Shown here one piece after another: positions 42,081-52,209 of a stretch of DNA of 64,000 nt. Source of the stretch: Candidatus Levybacteria bacterium RIFCSPHIGHO2_01_FULL_41_15 (GTDB lineage: Bacteria > Patescibacteriota > Microgenomatia > Levybacterales > UBA12049). Position 1 is the stretch's first letter. The number at the start of each line of letters is the position of its first letter. The notes beneath the pieces were generated by a model. That model was not told where the DNA came from. It saw nothing but the letters and a program-made list of their open reading frames with translations, and ran no database searches. The stretch covers positions 15,747 to 79,746 of the forward strand of contig MFNV01000002.1 in assembly GCA_001782165.1 (NCBI GenBank), written 5' to 3'. The position numbers and the translations under genes were made by a program.

Positions 42081-42451
42081 TTTAAATCTTGAACAATGTT
42101 CCCAAGCGCACCATTAATAAAGGAAGGACTTGTTTCACCGCCGTATTCTTTGGCAAGTTCGATTGCCTCATCAATAATTACCTTCGGCGGTTGACCTCTT
42201 TTAATAAGAAGTTCATAAATAGCAAGCCTTAGGATTGCAAGATCAATTTTATTCACTTTTTCTATCGGAAACTCAGGAGCCGCCTTTTTGATATTTTCAT
42301 CAATTGTTTTAAGGTGAGGAATTATTTCTCTTACCTCGTGTCCTAGTGGCTGGTTATGAAAGCTTTTTCTAAAAAGATCTTCGATAATTTTTTGTCTTTT
42401 TTTGTGTCTCGGGTCAAGAGGATTTTTCATTTGTCTTTTGTTTTTCTTCAA
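42077..42451 (-). CDS. nusB: transcription antitermination factor NusB-like
   Basis: 124-aa all-helical protein of NusB size and composition; located in the rnc/rpmF neighbourhood. Confidence 0.55.
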   Translation of the reverse strand: MKKNKRQMKNPLDPRHKKRQKIIEDLFRKSFHNQPLGHEVREIIPHLKTIDENIKKAAPEFPIEKVNKIDLAILRLAIYELLIKRGQPPKVIIDEAIELAKEYGGETSPSFINGALGNIVQDLK

Positions 42452-42623
42452 TTTTAATCACTTGTCTTCCCTGATAATATCCGCATTTTCGACATACTGT
42501 GTGAGGCACATTTATTGCATTACAATTGGAGCAAATTACACCTTTCGGTATTAATAAGCTTATACTCGCTCGTCTTTTTCCTTTTCTTTGTCTTGAATGT
42601 CTTCTCTTGGGTTCTTGCGGCAT
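42414..42623 (-). CDS. rpmF: 50S ribosomal protein L32
   Basis: Basic N-terminus (RRHSRQRKGKRR) and CxxC...CxxC zinc ribbon; annotated start may be too far upstream (overlaps nusB). Confidence 0.7.
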   Translation of the reverse strand: MPQEPKRRHSRQRKGKRRASISLLIPKGVICSNCNAINVPHTVCRKCGYYQGRQVIKIEEKQKTNEKSS

Positions 42624-42689
42624 TTACGTATTTTACTTTAATTCTATTTTTCCTGCAAGATGTTTCTTAAAAGAAGGATTTTTTTTATT

Positions 42690-44750
42690 TCAATCGGGAG
42701 AGACTTGGGATAGAGTCAGACTGTTTATTTTTTTAAGTAAATCGGGAAACTTTGATAATTCTGGGAAAATTTTCTCAGCTTCCTTTTTTGTTTTTTCTAT
42801 TAATTCAAAGTCCGAGAATGATGCAATTTTAAGCGCAGGCAAACCGTGTTGGGCTGTTCCATAAATTTCCCCCGGTCCTCTTAACTTAAGATCAAGTTCG
42901 GCAAGTTCCGCGCCATTATAAATAGTTTCAAGACTTTTTAATCTTCGGATTGTCCTATCGTTTTTGGAATCCGTAAAAAGCAGACAATAAGATTGCTTAT
43001 TTCCCCTTCCTACTCTTCCCCTCAACTGATGAAGTTGGGCAAGGCCAAATCTTTCTGCGGTTTCAATCATAATTATCGTTGCATTCGGTATGTCTATCCC
43101 AACTTCAACAACAGGAGTCGAAACCAATATGTTAGTTTTTTCTTCCCTAAATTCTTTTAATATTTTTTCTTTAAGATCAGCCCTTATTTTTCCATGAAGA
43201 AGGTCAAGCTTAAAATCTCTAAAAATATTCTTGAGTTTTTCAAATTCTTTTACTGCCGCCTTGACTGTTGCCATACTTTCAGACTCTTCTATAAAGGGAC
43301 AGATGATAAAAGCCTGACTTTTCTGCCTTTTAATTTGATTTTCTATCCACTTGTATGCATCTATTCTTTTTTCGGGGGGGACAAGCCATGTTTTTACAAT
43401 TCTTCGGCCTTTTGGCATATCCGAAAGAAGAGATAGATCTAGGTTTCCATATAAGACAAGGGCAACAGTTCTTGGGATTGGAGTTGCGGTCATTGTAAGG
43501 AGATGAGGATTTTTTCCTTTTTTCCGGATAATCGCTCGCTGCTCTACTCCAAATTTCTGCTGCTCGTCTATTACAACAAGTCCTAAATTTTTAAAATTTA
43601 TTTTTTCGGATAAAACAGCATGTGTACCAACCATAATATCCATTTTCCATTTTTCCCCACTTCGCCCAAGCTTCGCGGGGCGAGCATTTTTCATTTTCCA
43701 TTTTTTCGAACCAGTTATTAAATCAGTTCGTACTCCAAAAGGAGTAAGTAGTTCAGAGATTGTTTTGTAGTGTTGCTGCGCGAGAATCTCTGTCGGAGCC
43801 ATAAGAACTGATTGAAAACCGTTAAGATATGACAAATACATAACAATTGTTGCGACAACTGTCTTTCCCGATCCAACTTCTCCTTCCAAAAGCCTATTCA
43901 TAGGTTTTTTTGACGCAAGATCCTGGAAAATTTCTCTTACTGCCTTTTTCTGGGAGGTCGTAAGATCAAATGGAAGTTTGGATAAAAATTCCCCGATCTC
44001 TTTTTTAAATTTGTTAATCGAAAAAATATTTGAGACCGTTTTCTTCCCCCATTCATTCTTCCTGATGATGCCTCTTAAATGGAGCAAGAAAAATTCATCA
44101 TATGAAAATCTTTTTCTTGCATCCTCTGCTGTATCTAAATTTTTTGGAAAGTGAATATTTTCAATGGCATCTTTTATTCCAATTAGGTTATTCTCTTCTA
44201 GAATTGGATAAGGAATATATTCGAGTAAATTTTGTTTGTGTTCTTCAAGGATTTTGTATATTTGCCGCCTAATCCACTTTGATGAAATTCCTTTAGTTTC
44301 ATTGTAAATCGGAACTAATCTTCCCGTATGAATAGTTCCGGCATTTTTATATATAACCTCATATTCAGGTGATTGCATTACCAATTTATTTTTAAAAAGA
44401 TCTATTTTTCCGGATAGCGAAACATTGTCGCCCTTATTCATTATTTTGGGAATAAAAGGCTGGTTAAACCATATCACCCCTATTGTTCCCGTTTCATCTT
44501 CTATCTTTGCTTTTTGAAGGTTTTTCCATCTTTTTGTATATTCGTTTTTTATATCCGAAACTTTCCCTCTTATGGTTACAATTTCACCCGGTTGAACTTT
44601 TTCTATCTTTGAAACTAAGGAATAATTTTCATATCGAAAAGGAAAATAATAAATAAAATCCTCAAAAGTTTTTATACCCAATTTTTCAAGTCTTCCGGCA
44701 TATTTCTTGTAAATGCCAGAAGCTTTTCCCACAGGTGTCTTGAGATCCAT
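42690..44750 (-). CDS. recG: ATP-dependent DNA helicase RecG
   Basis: Wedge domain, Walker A EGEVGSGKTVVA, DExH box VIDEQQKFG. Confidence 0.9.
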   Translation of the reverse strand: MDLKTPVGKASGIYKKYAGRLEKLGIKTFEDFIYYFPFRYENYSLVSKIEKVQPGEIVTIRGKVSDIKNEYTKRWKNLQKAKIEDETGTIGVIWFNQPFIPKIMNKGDNVSLSGKIDLFKNKLVMQSPEYEVIYKNAGTIHTGRLVPIYNETKGISSKWIRRQIYKILEEHKQNLLEYIPYPILEENNLIGIKDAIENIHFPKNLDTAEDARKRFSYDEFFLLHLRGIIRKNEWGKKTVSNIFSINKFKKEIGEFLSKLPFDLTTSQKKAVREIFQDLASKKPMNRLLEGEVGSGKTVVATIVMYLSYLNGFQSVLMAPTEILAQQHYKTISELLTPFGVRTDLITGSKKWKMKNARPAKLGRSGEKWKMDIMVGTHAVLSEKINFKNLGLVVIDEQQKFGVEQRAIIRKKGKNPHLLTMTATPIPRTVALVLYGNLDLSLLSDMPKGRRIVKTWLVPPEKRIDAYKWIENQIKRQKSQAFIICPFIEESESMATVKAAVKEFEKLKNIFRDFKLDLLHGKIRADLKEKILKEFREEKTNILVSTPVVEVGIDIPNATIIMIETAERFGLAQLHQLRGRVGRGNKQSYCLLFTDSKNDRTIRRLKSLETIYNGAELAELDLKLRGPGEIYGTAQHGLPALKIASFSDFELIEKTKKEAEKIFPELSKFPDLLKKINSLTLSQVSPD

Positions 44751-44906
44751 ATTCGTGAAGACTAAAAACTAAAAAAGGGAAGAACAGATGTCGCGATCAG
44801 AGCAACCGTGGCTATAATTACGATTATTTTCCAAATCCACTGGTGTTTCCTAAAAATCTCCATATATTTAAAGTCTAATGATTTAGATTATTAGATTGTA
44901 TTCTGA

Positions 44907-46085
44907 TTAGTTTTTTTTGATTTTTATTTTTATGAATCTATGTTTTCCGACTTTTATTATTCCAGTTTTTATTTTTTCATTTGCATTTCTAATAATTTCT
45001 CCGTCAACAGAAACACCACCTTGTTCCACTAGTCTTCTCGCTTTAGACTTACTTCCCGCAAGCCCAGTAAGAACAAGAACATCATCTATTGCCATAACTT
45101 TTTCAAGAACAAAAACATTAAGGTCCTTTGGCGCCTCTTTTTTTTGCACGGTTTTTTCAAAATTATTTTCCGCTTGTTCTGCTTCTTTTTCCCCGTGAAG
45201 TTCCTTAACGATTTGTCTTGCTAAACCCCTTTTGACATTTATAGGATTGAGTTTATTCTTCAATTCATTTTCGTTATCGCCGATTTTAGACGCAGGTAAA
45301 TTAGTTGCAAGCAAAAAATATTGAATAATAAAATCGTCGTTTATCGCCATAACCTTAGCGTACATGTCAAAAGGCTTGTCCTCAAGCCAGATCGTATTAT
45401 TCCAGGTCTTACTCATTTTTCGCCCGTCAGTTCCCGCAAGAAATTCATTGGCAAGAATAAATGATTCCTTGTTCCTCCAGCTCTTCTGTAGGATTCGTCC
45501 TGCCTGCATGTTGAATGTTTGGTCGGTTCCCCCAATTTGTATATCAGTGTCCATAAAATAACTATCATATCCCTGCATTGCAGGATAAAGCCCTTCATGA
45601 AGACCCACGCGGCGCCCACTTTGTAGTCTTTTTTTGATGAGTTCTCTTGATCCAAAATCTCCAAAAGAAAATTGTTGGGCAAGCTTTATAAAATCTCTGG
45701 ACGTAATTTTATCAAGCCACTCGCTATTATATCTCACCTTAATTTTTGAGAAATCTAAAAATTTTTCTGCCTGTTTTTTATAGGTTTTAAAATTATCTTC
45801 AATCTGCGTGGATGTTAGAACAGGACGCTCAGAGTCTTTATCAGAAGTATCTCCTATTAGAGCAGTAAAATCCCCAATTAAAAATGTAACGTTATGTCCT
45901 AAATCTGCGAATTGTTGAAGTTTTCTAAGAGATACTGCATGACCTAAATGAATTTTCGTAGCTGTTGGATCAATTCCTAAATAGACATTTAATTTTTTTC
46001 CGCTTCGAAGTAATTTTTCCAGTTCTTCTTTGGAAGGGATGATGTTTGCAACCCCTCTTGTTAAAAGTTCACCAATCTTATCCAT
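44907..46085 (-). CDS. tyrS: tyrosyl-tRNA synthetase
   Basis: HLGH (TKIHLGHAV) and KMSKT motifs, C-terminal S4 domain. Confidence 0.9.
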   Translation of the reverse strand: MDKIGELLTRGVANIIPSKEELEKLLRSGKKLNVYLGIDPTATKIHLGHAVSLRKLQQFADLGHNVTFLIGDFTALIGDTSDKDSERPVLTSTQIEDNFKTYKKQAEKFLDFSKIKVRYNSEWLDKITSRDFIKLAQQFSFGDFGSRELIKKRLQSGRRVGLHEGLYPAMQGYDSYFMDTDIQIGGTDQTFNMQAGRILQKSWRNKESFILANEFLAGTDGRKMSKTWNNTIWLEDKPFDMYAKVMAINDDFIIQYFLLATNLPASKIGDNENELKNKLNPINVKRGLARQIVKELHGEKEAEQAENNFEKTVQKKEAPKDLNVFVLEKVMAIDDVLVLTGLAGSKSKARRLVEQGGVSVDGEIIRNANEKIKTGIIKVGKHRFIKIKIKKN

Positions 46086-46111
46086 GACTTAAGTATATCA
46101 CGACTTAGCCG

Positions 46112-46136
46112 CTGGTAACTAGCCACTAGTTACCAG
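46112..46136. repeat. 11-bp perfect inverted repeat ctggtaactag-cca-ctagttaccag between divergent tyrS and PBP1A gene
   Basis: Seen directly; ACTAGT-centred. Confidence 0.6.
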
Positions 46137-46156
46137 TATTTGATATACTAATTACT

Positions 46157-48511
46157 ATGGTTGATTACGCAAGGAGGAGCCGGCGGAGAAGATTTGCAAA
46201 TACAAACTCTAAGGTTCTTCTTTATAGTAAGCTTTCAAGATATTCCCTCTTCGGATTAATTGGTTTCGTAATTCTTATGGTGGTTCTTTTTCTTTGGTAT
46301 GGAAGAGCTCTTCCTGCTCCTGGAAAACTAATAGAAGCCCCCCTTGGTCAGTCTACAAGAATATATGACAGGAAAGGGATTCTTTTATATTCTGTTTACC
46401 AAACCAGAAATAGAACCTATGTAAAGCTCTCCGATATCCCAAAAACAGTACAGGAGGCAACAATTGCAATAGAAGATAAAGATTTTTACAGAAATCAAGG
46501 GTTTTCAGTGATTGGGTATCTTCGGGCAATAAGAAATATACTGCTTCTTAAGGGTCTTTCAGGCGGGTCTACAATTACTCAGCAGCTTGTTAAAAATGTC
46601 CTTTTATCTTCTGAACGAACGATACCCCGAAAGATAAAAGAGCTTATGCTTGCAATTCAAGTTGACCAAAAATATTCAAAAGATCAGATTCTTGAAATGT
46701 ATCTAAACGACGTTTCGTATGGCGGAGCCAATATCGGAGTTGAAGCTGCAGCCCAAAGTTATTTTGGCAAAAAGGTAAAGGATCTTGATCTTTCGGAAAG
46801 TGCTTTTCTTGCCGGTCTTCCCCAGGCACCGAGCGTCTATTCTCCTTATGGTGGCAGTGGAAAAAAATTCTATATAAAAAGAACAGAAGATGTCTTAACG
46901 CAAATGGTTTCTGAGAAATATATAACCAGAAAAGAAAAAGAGAAAGCCTTGAGCGAAATTGAAAAGAAGACATTTTCTTCAAAAGATTTGTCAATAAAGG
47001 CTCCCCATTTCGTTATTTTCGTAAAACAGCTTCTTGCAAAACAATTCGGTGAGCAGGCGGTTGAACAAGGCGGTCTCCAGGTTACAACATCGCTTGATTA
47101 TGAAATTCAGAAAGAAGCGGAAAAAATTATCAAAGAAGAACTTGAGAAATTAAAGGGCTATAATGTGGGAAATGGATCAGCAGTTGTTATGGATCCTGGG
47201 ACGGGTGAGATCTTGGCAATGGTAGGAAGCAAGGATTATTTTGATACCGAAAACGACGGAAACTTTAACACCGCTCTTGCAAACAGACAGCCGGGGTCTT
47301 CTCTTAAGCCAATTATTTACGCAACTGCTTTTGAGAAAGGATACACCGCCTCGTCTATGATAATGGATGTTGAAACGGATTTCCCCACAGGCGAGGAAGC
47401 TCATCCTATATATACGCCTGTAAATTATGACGGAAAATTTCATGGCCCCATGCAGATAAGATTTACATTGGGAAATTCTATAAATATTCCTGCTGTTAAA
47501 ACACTGGCAAGGATCGGAGTAAAAGATGTGATGGAAAGAGCATATTCTATGGGTATTGAAAACTGGAAGCCTACATCAGAAAACCTCGCAAGCGTAGGAC
47601 TCTCTCTTGTTTTAGGAGGGAGAGAAACAAGTCTTTTAAACGAAGTGATTGCCTATTCTACTTTTGCAAATCAAGGTGTAAAGCAAGATCCGATTGCAAT
47701 TTTAAAGGTTACAGATCTTAAAGGAAATAAATTATTTGAAAATAAAAAAAGATCTGGAGAAAAAGTTCTATCGCCCGAAATTGCATTTATCTTATCCCAT
47801 ATTTTACTTGATAATAATGCAAGGACCTTGGCTTTCGGTCCGAATTCATATCTAGTTATCCCCGGAAAAACAGTTTCTGTTAAAACAGGAACCACTGATG
47901 AAAAACGTGATAACTGGACAGTGGGTTTCACCCCATCTTTTGTTGTAGGTGTATGGGTTGGGAATAATGATAACAGTCCCATGAATCCGGCTATAGCATC
48001 GGGTGCAACAGGAGCCTCACCTGTTTGGAACAGGATTATGAGATACGTGCTTCGAGAAAAGGCTGATGAGCCGCCGAGAAAGCCGGATAATGTTATAGCG
48101 CTTCAGATAGATGCTCTGGGCGGCGGTCTTCCTGTTGACGGTCAGGGCACTCGTTCTGAATATTTTGTAAAGGGGACAGAGCCTACAGGTCCGGGCAGTA
48201 TTTATCAAAAGGTAAAACTTTCAAAACATGAGTCTTCGAAACTTGCAAGTAAGTGGGAAGTAGATAATCGGGATTACGATACCAAAGATTATATTATTTT
48301 CCATGAGGAGGATCCTGTTTCAACTGATGGGAAGAACAGATGGCAAGAAGGGATAAATGATTGGCTTTCTAGTCAATACCCAGGAGATGAAAAATACCAT
48401 CCTCCGACCGAAACCTCAGATTATCAGGGATCTTCAGACACAGATTCTAAAAAAGAAGAAAACCTAACTCCGACACCATCTCCGACCCTAACACCGATAC
48501 CTAGTCCTTAG
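46157..48511 (+). CDS. class A penicillin-binding protein (PBP1A-type transglycosylase/transpeptidase)
   Basis: GT51 motifs (IAIEDKDFYRNQGF, STITQQLVKN), transpeptidase SxxK/SxN/KTG, Pro/Thr-rich C-terminus. Confidence 0.9.
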   Translation: MVDYARRSRRRRFANTNSKVLLYSKLSRYSLFGLIGFVILMVVLFLWYGRALPAPGKLIEAPLGQSTRIYDRKGILLYSVYQTRNRTYVKLSDIPKTVQEATIAIEDKDFYRNQGFSVIGYLRAIRNILLLKGLSGGSTITQQLVKNVLLSSERTIPRKIKELMLAIQVDQKYSKDQILEMYLNDVSYGGANIGVEAAAQSYFGKKVKDLDLSESAFLAGLPQAPSVYSPYGGSGKKFYIKRTEDVLTQMVSEKYITRKEKEKALSEIEKKTFSSKDLSIKAPHFVIFVKQLLAKQFGEQAVEQGGLQVTTSLDYEIQKEAEKIIKEELEKLKGYNVGNGSAVVMDPGTGEILAMVGSKDYFDTENDGNFNTALANRQPGSSLKPIIYATAFEKGYTASSMIMDVETDFPTGEEAHPIYTPVNYDGKFHGPMQIRFTLGNSINIPAVKTLARIGVKDVMERAYSMGIENWKPTSENLASVGLSLVLGGRETSLLNEVIAYSTFANQGVKQDPIAILKVTDLKGNKLFENKKRSGEKVLSPEIAFILSHILLDNNARTLAFGPNSYLVIPGKTVSVKTGTTDEKRDNWTVGFTPSFVVGVWVGNNDNSPMNPAIASGATGASPVWNRIMRYVLREKADEPPRKPDNVIALQIDALGGGLPVDGQGTRSEYFVKGTEPTGPGSIYQKVKLSKHESSKLASKWEVDNRDYDTKDYIIFHEEDPVSTDGKNRWQEGINDWLSSQYPGDEKYHPPTETSDYQGSSDTDSKKEENLTPTPSPTLTPIPSP

Positions 48512-50384
48512 GTTTTATTTTGAGCTTAGTCTTGAGGCGGACAAGAATCCTTTCTCTTATCTTCTCTACTTCCCCGGATGTTAAATTTCTTCGTGGATTT
48601 TGATAAACAATATGAAAGGTTCTAATATTTTGGAATTTTTCAAGAAGACTTACTTCTCTTATCAAAGGACTTTGATCTTTTATCTCTCTTATAATATCTC
48701 CAGTTTTAATTTTATCAGCCATCATTAGTGCTAGGTCTTCTTTGATTGGAGGATACTTGGGGATAGGCTTGAAGGTTTTATTAAGATTTATTTTTTCAGA
48801 AAACTCATCGTAATTTAATTCAAAAAATATTCCTTCTTCAATTGCTTCTACGTACTGCGATGGATCTTCTTTGATTCCCAGCTCTTCAAATAATCTCTCA
48901 ATCACCCCTTTTACTTTCACAAAATTCATTTTTGTTGAAATTCCCGAGAGAAAATATGATTCTTCTTTTTTATCTAAGTTAGCTCCTCTATACACCTTAC
49001 CCAATTCAAATAAATTTATATCCTCAAAATTGGGTTTATTAAGAGCTACGGCTTTTTTGAGATTGATCATAAGAGTTGGCCTTAAGTACTCAAATTCTCT
49101 ACTTACGGGATTGTCAACTCGCAAAGTTTTGTCCGGATCCATTTCGTTATCGGTTAAATCTTTTTCAGAAATCAGACTGTACGTATAGATTTCTGAAAAA
49201 CCGGCCTCTTTAAATATATTTTTAACTTTTTCTTCTAATCTATAATCTCTATAATAAGGCGGAGGTTTTACGGGAGTCTGTCCGGATGGTATGGTTTTTG
49301 GGAAATTGTTGTATCCATAGATTCTCGCAACTTCTTCTATAAGATCTTCTTCTGCCTTAAGGTCATTTCTATATGTAGGTATTTCTGTTCTTATTGTACC
49401 TTTTGAGATTTTTTCGGGCGAAAGATTTAAGTTTTCTAAAATCTTTAAGATTTTGCTTTCCGCAATAGAAATCCCAAGAACATTTTTAAGTTTTTCTAAA
49501 CTTAAATCAAGTCTCCATGGATTAAATTCTTCTTTTTTAATATCGTAAATGTTACTTGCTATTTTTCCTCCTGCAATTTCAAGCACAAGATTGACGCATC
49601 TTTGCAGGGCATTCAGTGTCCCGCCCGCATTTACTCCTCTTTCGAATATGGAGGAAGCTTCGGAGCGAAGACCCAAAGACAAGGAAGCTCTTCTTATCAG
49701 CGAAGGAACTTCAACAGGGACTCTTATAAAAATAGTTTTAGTTTTTTCATAAATTCCCGTATTCTCTCCTCCTTTTATGCCGCATAGATCAATAATTTTT
49801 TCATCATCAGAAATTACCACAGCATTTTTTGGCAAATGGTATGAAATTCCGTCCACGCTTGTAAATCTTTCCTCTCCTTTTGTCTGATGCACCCTCATTG
49901 CCGCGCCTTTAATTTTGTTGTAGTCAAATGCATGAATAGGATTTCCAAGCTCAAGCATTACATAATTTGTAATATCAACTATATTGCTTATGGGACGTTG
50001 TCCGATTTTAATTAATCTTTCCGAAAGCCATTTCGGAGATTCTTTTACAGTTATGCCGTCTATTATTATTCCGGTAAATCTTGGATTTATTTTGGGATCA
50101 GTTTGTATTTTAAGAGGCAAAATTTTCTTGAGACTTAAGTTTATATTTACGCCCTTGAAGTGTTTAATGCTCTTGCCTTCAATTGCCGCAATCTCTTGAG
50201 CGATCCCAAGTATAGAAAGAAGATCAGGGCGATTCGGTGTTATTTCAAATTCAAAAATAATATCATCTTTATCTTTTATTATCTTTTCAGTACTTAATCC
50301 TACTTCAGTAAGACGATCTCCCAGTTCTCTTGGAGAAAGTTTCGTATCAACATATTCCTTGAGCCAAGATAAAGGCGCCAGCAT
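48501..50384 (-). CDS. pheT: phenylalanyl-tRNA synthetase beta subunit (short form lacking the N-terminal OB tRNA-binding insert)
   Basis: MLAPLSWLKEYVD N-terminus, B3/B4 and B5 domains; 627 aa vs ~790 aa typical. Confidence 0.85.
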   Translation of the reverse strand: MLAPLSWLKEYVDTKLSPRELGDRLTEVGLSTEKIIKDKDDIIFEFEITPNRPDLLSILGIAQEIAAIEGKSIKHFKGVNINLSLKKILPLKIQTDPKINPRFTGIIIDGITVKESPKWLSERLIKIGQRPISNIVDITNYVMLELGNPIHAFDYNKIKGAAMRVHQTKGEERFTSVDGISYHLPKNAVVISDDEKIIDLCGIKGGENTGIYEKTKTIFIRVPVEVPSLIRRASLSLGLRSEASSIFERGVNAGGTLNALQRCVNLVLEIAGGKIASNIYDIKKEEFNPWRLDLSLEKLKNVLGISIAESKILKILENLNLSPEKISKGTIRTEIPTYRNDLKAEEDLIEEVARIYGYNNFPKTIPSGQTPVKPPPYYRDYRLEEKVKNIFKEAGFSEIYTYSLISEKDLTDNEMDPDKTLRVDNPVSREFEYLRPTLMINLKKAVALNKPNFEDINLFELGKVYRGANLDKKEESYFLSGISTKMNFVKVKGVIERLFEELGIKEDPSQYVEAIEEGIFFELNYDEFSEKINLNKTFKPIPKYPPIKEDLALMMADKIKTGDIIREIKDQSPLIREVSLLEKFQNIRTFHIVYQNPRRNLTSGEVEKIRERILVRLKTKLKIKPKD

Positions 50385-50428
50385 AAGAATTAAGAATTAT
50401 GAATTAAGAATTATGAATTTTATTTTCA

Positions 50429-51487
50429 TTAGAATTGTTCAAGAATTCGTAGGTCTGGATTTGTCAAGAGTCTCAAATCGTTCATTTGATAGCGCAAAGT
50501 TGCGAGTCTTGATAATCCTATCGCAAAGGCAAAACCTGATACTTCTTTTGGATTATATTTAACAGCCTTTAGAACATTCGGGTGTATCATTCCTGCAGGC
50601 ATTATTTCGCTCCATCCTGACATTTTACAGAAACCGCACCCCTGCCCGTTCGGCAGGCGAGCTTTTCCTTGGCAAACCGTACATTGGACATAGGTATCAA
50701 CTCCCGGCTCGACAAAAGGAAAGTTGGTAGTCGCAAATTTTATTTTTATATTTTCTCCCATGAGTTTTTTTAAAACATAATCAATTGTTCCAAAAAGGTC
50801 TGTCAATTTTACATTTGTATCGACTAGAAACCCTTCGCAATGCCAGAATTCAAATCCGTGAGATGCATCTACTTGCTCATATCTAAAATTTTTTCCGGGG
50901 ACGATTACTCTTACCGGAGGTTTAGCTTTTTCCATTACTCGAGCTTGCATTGCTGATGTTTGAGTGCGTAAAATTATTTCTCCAGGTTCAACTTTACTGT
51001 TTCTTGTATCAAGATAGAAAGTCTGTTGAGTATCCCTAGCAGGATGATCTTTTGGAATGTTTAACGCCTCAAAATTATAATAGTCTGTTTCTATCTCAGG
51101 TCCGTCTGCAGCTTGAAATCCAAGACTTTTAAACACATCAACTACATCATATAGAACTTGGCTTAGGGGGTGAAGGTGACCTATATTTGGTTTTATTCCT
51201 GGTTCCGTTCTATCTATTTCCTCCCTGATTTTTTTGGTTTTTGTTTCTCTAAGTCTGTATTCCTGGGAAGAGATTGCATCTTCAATTGATTTTTTGACTT
51301 CATTTGCAAGTCTTCCTATATCAGGCCTTTTCTCCAAAGTAAGTTTAGGGATTTCCTTTATTGCCAAAGTTAATCTACCTCCCCTTCCAATGAACCGAAT
51401 TTTAAGTTCCTCTAATTCTTTTTGATCTTTTGTCTCAAGAATAAGAGAAACAGCCGAGTTTTTAATTTGAATAAGTTCCTCCTCCAT
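50429..51487 (-). CDS. pheS: phenylalanyl-tRNA synthetase alpha subunit
   Basis: Class II motifs; FPFVEPGVD. Confidence 0.9.
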   Translation of the reverse strand: MEEELIQIKNSAVSLILETKDQKELEELKIRFIGRGGRLTLAIKEIPKLTLEKRPDIGRLANEVKKSIEDAISSQEYRLRETKTKKIREEIDRTEPGIKPNIGHLHPLSQVLYDVVDVFKSLGFQAADGPEIETDYYNFEALNIPKDHPARDTQQTFYLDTRNSKVEPGEIILRTQTSAMQARVMEKAKPPVRVIVPGKNFRYEQVDASHGFEFWHCEGFLVDTNVKLTDLFGTIDYVLKKLMGENIKIKFATTNFPFVEPGVDTYVQCTVCQGKARLPNGQGCGFCKMSGWSEIMPAGMIHPNVLKAVKYNPKEVSGFAFAIGLSRLATLRYQMNDLRLLTNPDLRILEQF

Positions 51488-51523
51488 ATTTATAAAATAT
51501 CACAATCTGCCATTTTTAAAAAC

Positions 51524-51556
51524 AATAAAAAACTCCCTTTGTCATCCTTTTGGGAG
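51524..51556 (-). terminator. Rho-independent terminator-like hairpin (CUCCC-N14-GGGAG) followed by UUUUUU, inside the rplT-pheS leader
   Basis: Seen directly on the minus-strand transcript; immediately preceded by a second strong hairpin (51557-51591, GACCGGGGAGC...GCUCCCCGGUC). Confidence 0.55.
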
Positions 51557-51589
51557 ACGGGGAGCGTCACTTAAAATCTTGCTCCCCGG

Positions 51590-51631
51590 TCAGGAGTTAA
51601 AAAAGAATCTGAAAGAAAAAATTTTATACAT
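51590..51631 (-). CDS. putative Phe-rich attenuator leader peptide MYKIFSFRFFFNS
   Basis: 13-codon ORF (too short for the ORF track); ATG overlaps the rplT stop codon, 5 of 13 codons are Phe, and the UGA stop lies in the 5' arm of the first leader hairpin; resembles E. coli pheM (recalled as [14 protein letters not shown]). Confidence 0.5.
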   Translation of the reverse strand: MYKIFSFRFFFNS

Positions 51632-51974
51632 TTTTAACCGATTCAACTACTTTTTTAAAAACCTCAGGATCATTTACGATAAGGTCGCTTAATATTTTTC
51701 TATCAAGCTCGATGTTTGTTTTTTTAAGTTTACTGATAAACTTGCTATAAGGAAGGCCTTCTTTTTTTACAGCCTCGCCTATTCTGGTTATCCATAAGGA
51801 TCTAAAGTCTCTCTTCCTAAGCTTTCTTCCATGAAAGGCATATGCTCCGGCATGAAGCTCTGCTTCCTTGGCAACTTTAATGAGTCTTGACTTAGTTCCC
51901 CTGTATCCTTTGGTTGCCTTAAGAATTTTTTTATGTTTTCTTCTTGAGATGATCCCTCTTTTTACTCTGGTCAT
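51624..51974 (-). CDS. rplT: 50S ribosomal protein L20
   Basis: MTRVKRGIISRRKHKKILKATKGYRG. Confidence 0.9.
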   Translation of the reverse strand: MTRVKRGIISRRKHKKILKATKGYRGTKSRLIKVAKEAELHAGAYAFHGRKLRKRDFRSLWITRIGEAVKKEGLPYSKFISKLKKTNIELDRKILSDLIVNDPEVFKKVVESVKNV

Positions 51975-51984
51975 AAACTAGTTG

Positions 51985-52009
51985 CCAGCTACTAATTACT
52001 AGTAGCTGG
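51985..52009. repeat. 10-bp perfect inverted repeat ccagctacta-attac-tagtagctgg in the rpmI-rplT spacer
   Basis: Seen directly; 11 nt upstream of the rplT ATG; no obvious SD. Confidence 0.6.
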
Positions 52010-52011
52010 TA

Positions 52012-52209
52012 TTATGCTTTTCCAAGCATATGTTTAACTTTTTTTGCAAATTTACCCTTCAGCTGTCCTGGTTCCTTTTGTCTTCTTTGTCTTCTCTTGG
52101 ATTTTATAAGCTTGTGATGGCTTTGATACTGATGGGAAAAAAGAACCTTCCCCTTTTTGGTAATCTTAAACCTTTTACTTACCGATTTTTTTATTTTCTG
52201 CTTTGGCAT
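52012..52209 (-). CDS. rpmI: 50S ribosomal protein L35
   Basis: MPKQKIKKSVSKRFKITKKGKV. Confidence 0.85.
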   Translation of the reverse strand: MPKQKIKKSVSKRFKITKKGKVLFSHQYQSHHKLIKSKRRQRRQKEPGQLKGKFAKKVKHMLGKA

